DNA of 64,000 nt from Microcella sp. (GTDB lineage Bacteria; Actinomycetota; Actinomycetes; Actinomycetales; Microbacteriaceae). A program made the translations under genes and the position numbers. The notes under the pieces were generated by a model. It did not search any database. It had not been told where the DNA came from and saw nothing but the letters and a program-made list of their open reading frames with translations. Of this stretch, positions 62,945 through 64,000 are shown one piece after another (within the stretch, counting starts at the first letter, position 1; every line of letters begins with the position of its first letter). The stretch spans positions 1,811 to 65,810 of the forward strand of contig NZ_JBKBPI010000011.1 of NCBI RefSeq assembly GCF_046293215.1. Reading direction: 5' to 3'.

Positions 62945-62982
62945 GCGACACGTCGCACACTCCCAGGAGTGCGACGTGTCGC
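62945..62982. other. long hairpin (17-bp stem with 2-nt bulge, 2-nt loop)
   Basis: GCGACACGTCGCAC(AC)TCC-CA-GGAGTGCGACGTGTCGC. Confidence 0.7.
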
Positions 62983-63017
62983 AAGCAGTAAGGCGGGACG
63001 CGTCAGCTAGCCCTGAC

Positions 63018-63087
63018 GGTTGCGGGTTGCGGGTTGCGGGTTGCGGGTTGCGGGTTGCGGGTCGCGGGTCGCGGCTCGCGGGCCGCG
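63018..63087 (+). repeat. heptamer tandem array: 6 x GGTTGCG, 2 x GGTCGCG, GCTCGCG, GGCCGCG
   Basis: Read directly. This gives GGG-TTGC-GGG-TTGC... tracts on the + strand. The array ends 7 nt from the stop of the minus-strand CoA-binding gene. Confidence 0.9.
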
Positions 63088-63093
63088 AACCCC

Positions 63094-63690
63094 CTACCGC
63101 GCCTGCCGCTTCGACGAGATGACCCCGGTGTCGAAGCCCATCAGGTGCAGCCCGCCGTGGAACCGGGCGTGCTCAACCTTGATGCAGCGGTCCATGACGA
63201 CGGTGAGCCCCTTCGACTCACCGTAGTAGGCGGCCTCTTCGTTCCAGATGCCGAGCTGCACCCACACGGTGGGGGCGCCCACGGCGATCGCGTCGTCCAT
63301 GACCGACGGGATGTCGCTCGCCCGACGGAACACGTCGACGATGTCGGGCACTTCCGGCAGCGACTGCAGGTCCGGGTAGGCCGGCTGCCCGAGAATCTCG
63401 GTCGCGTTCGGGTTGACGAAGTAGACGCGGTACGGGCTCGACTGCTTCAGGTACGTTCCGACGAAGTACGACGAGCGGGCCGGGTTCGGTGACGCACCAA
63501 CGATGGCGACGCTCTTGGCGTTCCGCAGTATCGCGAGACGTTCCTTGGCCGATGGGCCGACCCAGGTGCGCTGCGACCTCCACAGCTTCGCGAGCGGCGA
63601 GTCGGCGGGCAGTGAGCAGGTCAGGCCGTTGGCCAGGGTGACGGTTTCGGTCGCCTCGGCGTTCGCGGTCGGGATGCTCGTTTCGCTCAA
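63094..63690 (-). CDS. CoA-binding domain protein
   Basis: TTG start at 63690 with AAGGGG 6 nt upstream. KSVAIVGASPNPARSSYFV and VDVFRRASD motifs. The track ORF extends spuriously to 63810. Confidence 0.8.
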   Translation of the reverse strand: MSETSIPTANAEATETVTLANGLTCSLPADSPLAKLWRSQRTWVGPSAKERLAILRNAKSVAIVGASPNPARSSYFVGTYLKQSSPYRVYFVNPNATEILGQPAYPDLQSLPEVPDIVDVFRRASDIPSVMDDAIAVGAPTVWVQLGIWNEEAAYYGESKGLTVVMDRCIKVEHARFHGGLHLMGFDTGVISSKRQAR

Positions 63691-63700
63691 TGCTCGCCCC

Positions 63701-64000
63701 TTACGCAGTCGCGGCGCTGAGCGCCTGGTCGAGGTCGTAGATGATGTCGTCGACATCTTCGATGCCGACCGACAGGCGCACAAGCCCCGGCCCGATGCCC
63801 GAGTCAGCAAGCTGCTGCTCGGTGAGCTGCGCGTGGGTCGTCGACGCCGGGTGGATGATCAGCGTCTTTGCATCGCCGATGTTCGCCAGGTGACTGGCGA
63901 GCTGCACGTTCTCGATGAGCTTCTCGCCGACCGCGCGGCCCCCGCGAACGTCGAATGAGAACACCGAGCTGGGGCCCGCGGGCGTGTACTTCGCGGCGCG
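63701..64000 (-). CDS. metY: O-acetylhomoserine/O-succinylhomoserine sulfhydrylase-type PLP enzyme, 3' end only (N-terminus outside window)
   Basis: Frame is open to the window edge. ...AKYTPAGPSSVFSFDVRGG...ANIGDAKTLIIHPASTTHAQL...LVRLSVGIEDVDDII is the typical Cys/Met-metabolism PLP C-terminus. Confidence 0.8.
   Translation of the reverse strand, partial: RAAKYTPAGPSSVFSFDVRGGRAVGEKLIENVQLASHLANIGDAKTLIIHPASTTHAQLTEQQLADSGIGPGLVRLSVGIEDVDDIIYDLDQALSAATA

Noticed and set aside
63018-63087. CRISPR array
   Set aside because: The period is 7 nt with no spacers, and there are no cas genes. It is a simple tandem heptamer.

Overview
This is a visibly GC-rich, densely coding chromosomal segment. 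Its protein signatures and gene order fit Actinomycetota, most like Micrococcales/Microbacteriaceae. I can support about 60 CDS and one tRNA-Ala. I see no rRNA, CRISPR array, transposase or integrase.

Gene content from left to right:
- A 5'-truncated Upf1-like helicase-fold gene with degenerate catalytic motifs.
- A conserved housekeeping block: ACT-domain protein, mscL, FmdB zinc ribbon, 5-formyl-THF cyclo-ligase, galU, GNAT, tRNA-Ala.
- A lipoprotein, an aldo/keto reductase and a squalene-cyclase-repeat protein.
- A P2-type cation ATPase followed 10 nt later by eight translationally coupled Mrp-like (CPA3) genes in the non-canonical order F-G-B-C-D-D-D-E.
- A small-membrane-protein/MFS/MerR operon on the minus strand.
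- A sufS-sufU pair.
- A small orphan gene behind a perfect LexA (SOS) box.
- A complete mannitol PTS locus: mtlR, orphan EIIB-like gene, ptsH, ptsI, mtlA, mtlF, mtlD.
- A DUF4349 lipoprotein, a small Lys/Glu-rich protein, hydrolases, aldo/keto reductases, MFS transporters and a siderophore-interacting protein.
- A lower-GC AbiEi-like/DUF559 gene bracketed by two AT-rich hairpin elements.
- An FMN reductase and an MFS transporter.
- A class I ribonucleotide reductase operon with putative NrdR boxes and a class-Ic-type NrdB.
- An amidohydrolase, cdaR-glxK-gntP and hrpA.
- A GntR-prpDBC methylcitrate operon.
- A repeat-dense convergent intergenic region, a CoA-binding protein and the 3' end of metY.

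Most interesting observations:
1. The ATPase plus rearranged Mrp module looks like a single nine-gene operon.
2. The NrdA C-terminal CX2C redox tail is encoded out of frame as a 26-codon ORF directly after the nrdA stop.
3. A perfect SOS box precedes a small orphan gene.
4. The large helicase-fold protein appears catalytically dead.
5. The DUF559 gene is flanked by AT-rich inverted-repeat elements.
6. A (GGGTTGC)n array with G-quadruplex potential lies next to a gene end.

Many long ORFs in the six-frame track are antisense or out-of-frame shadows typical of high-GC DNA and were not called.
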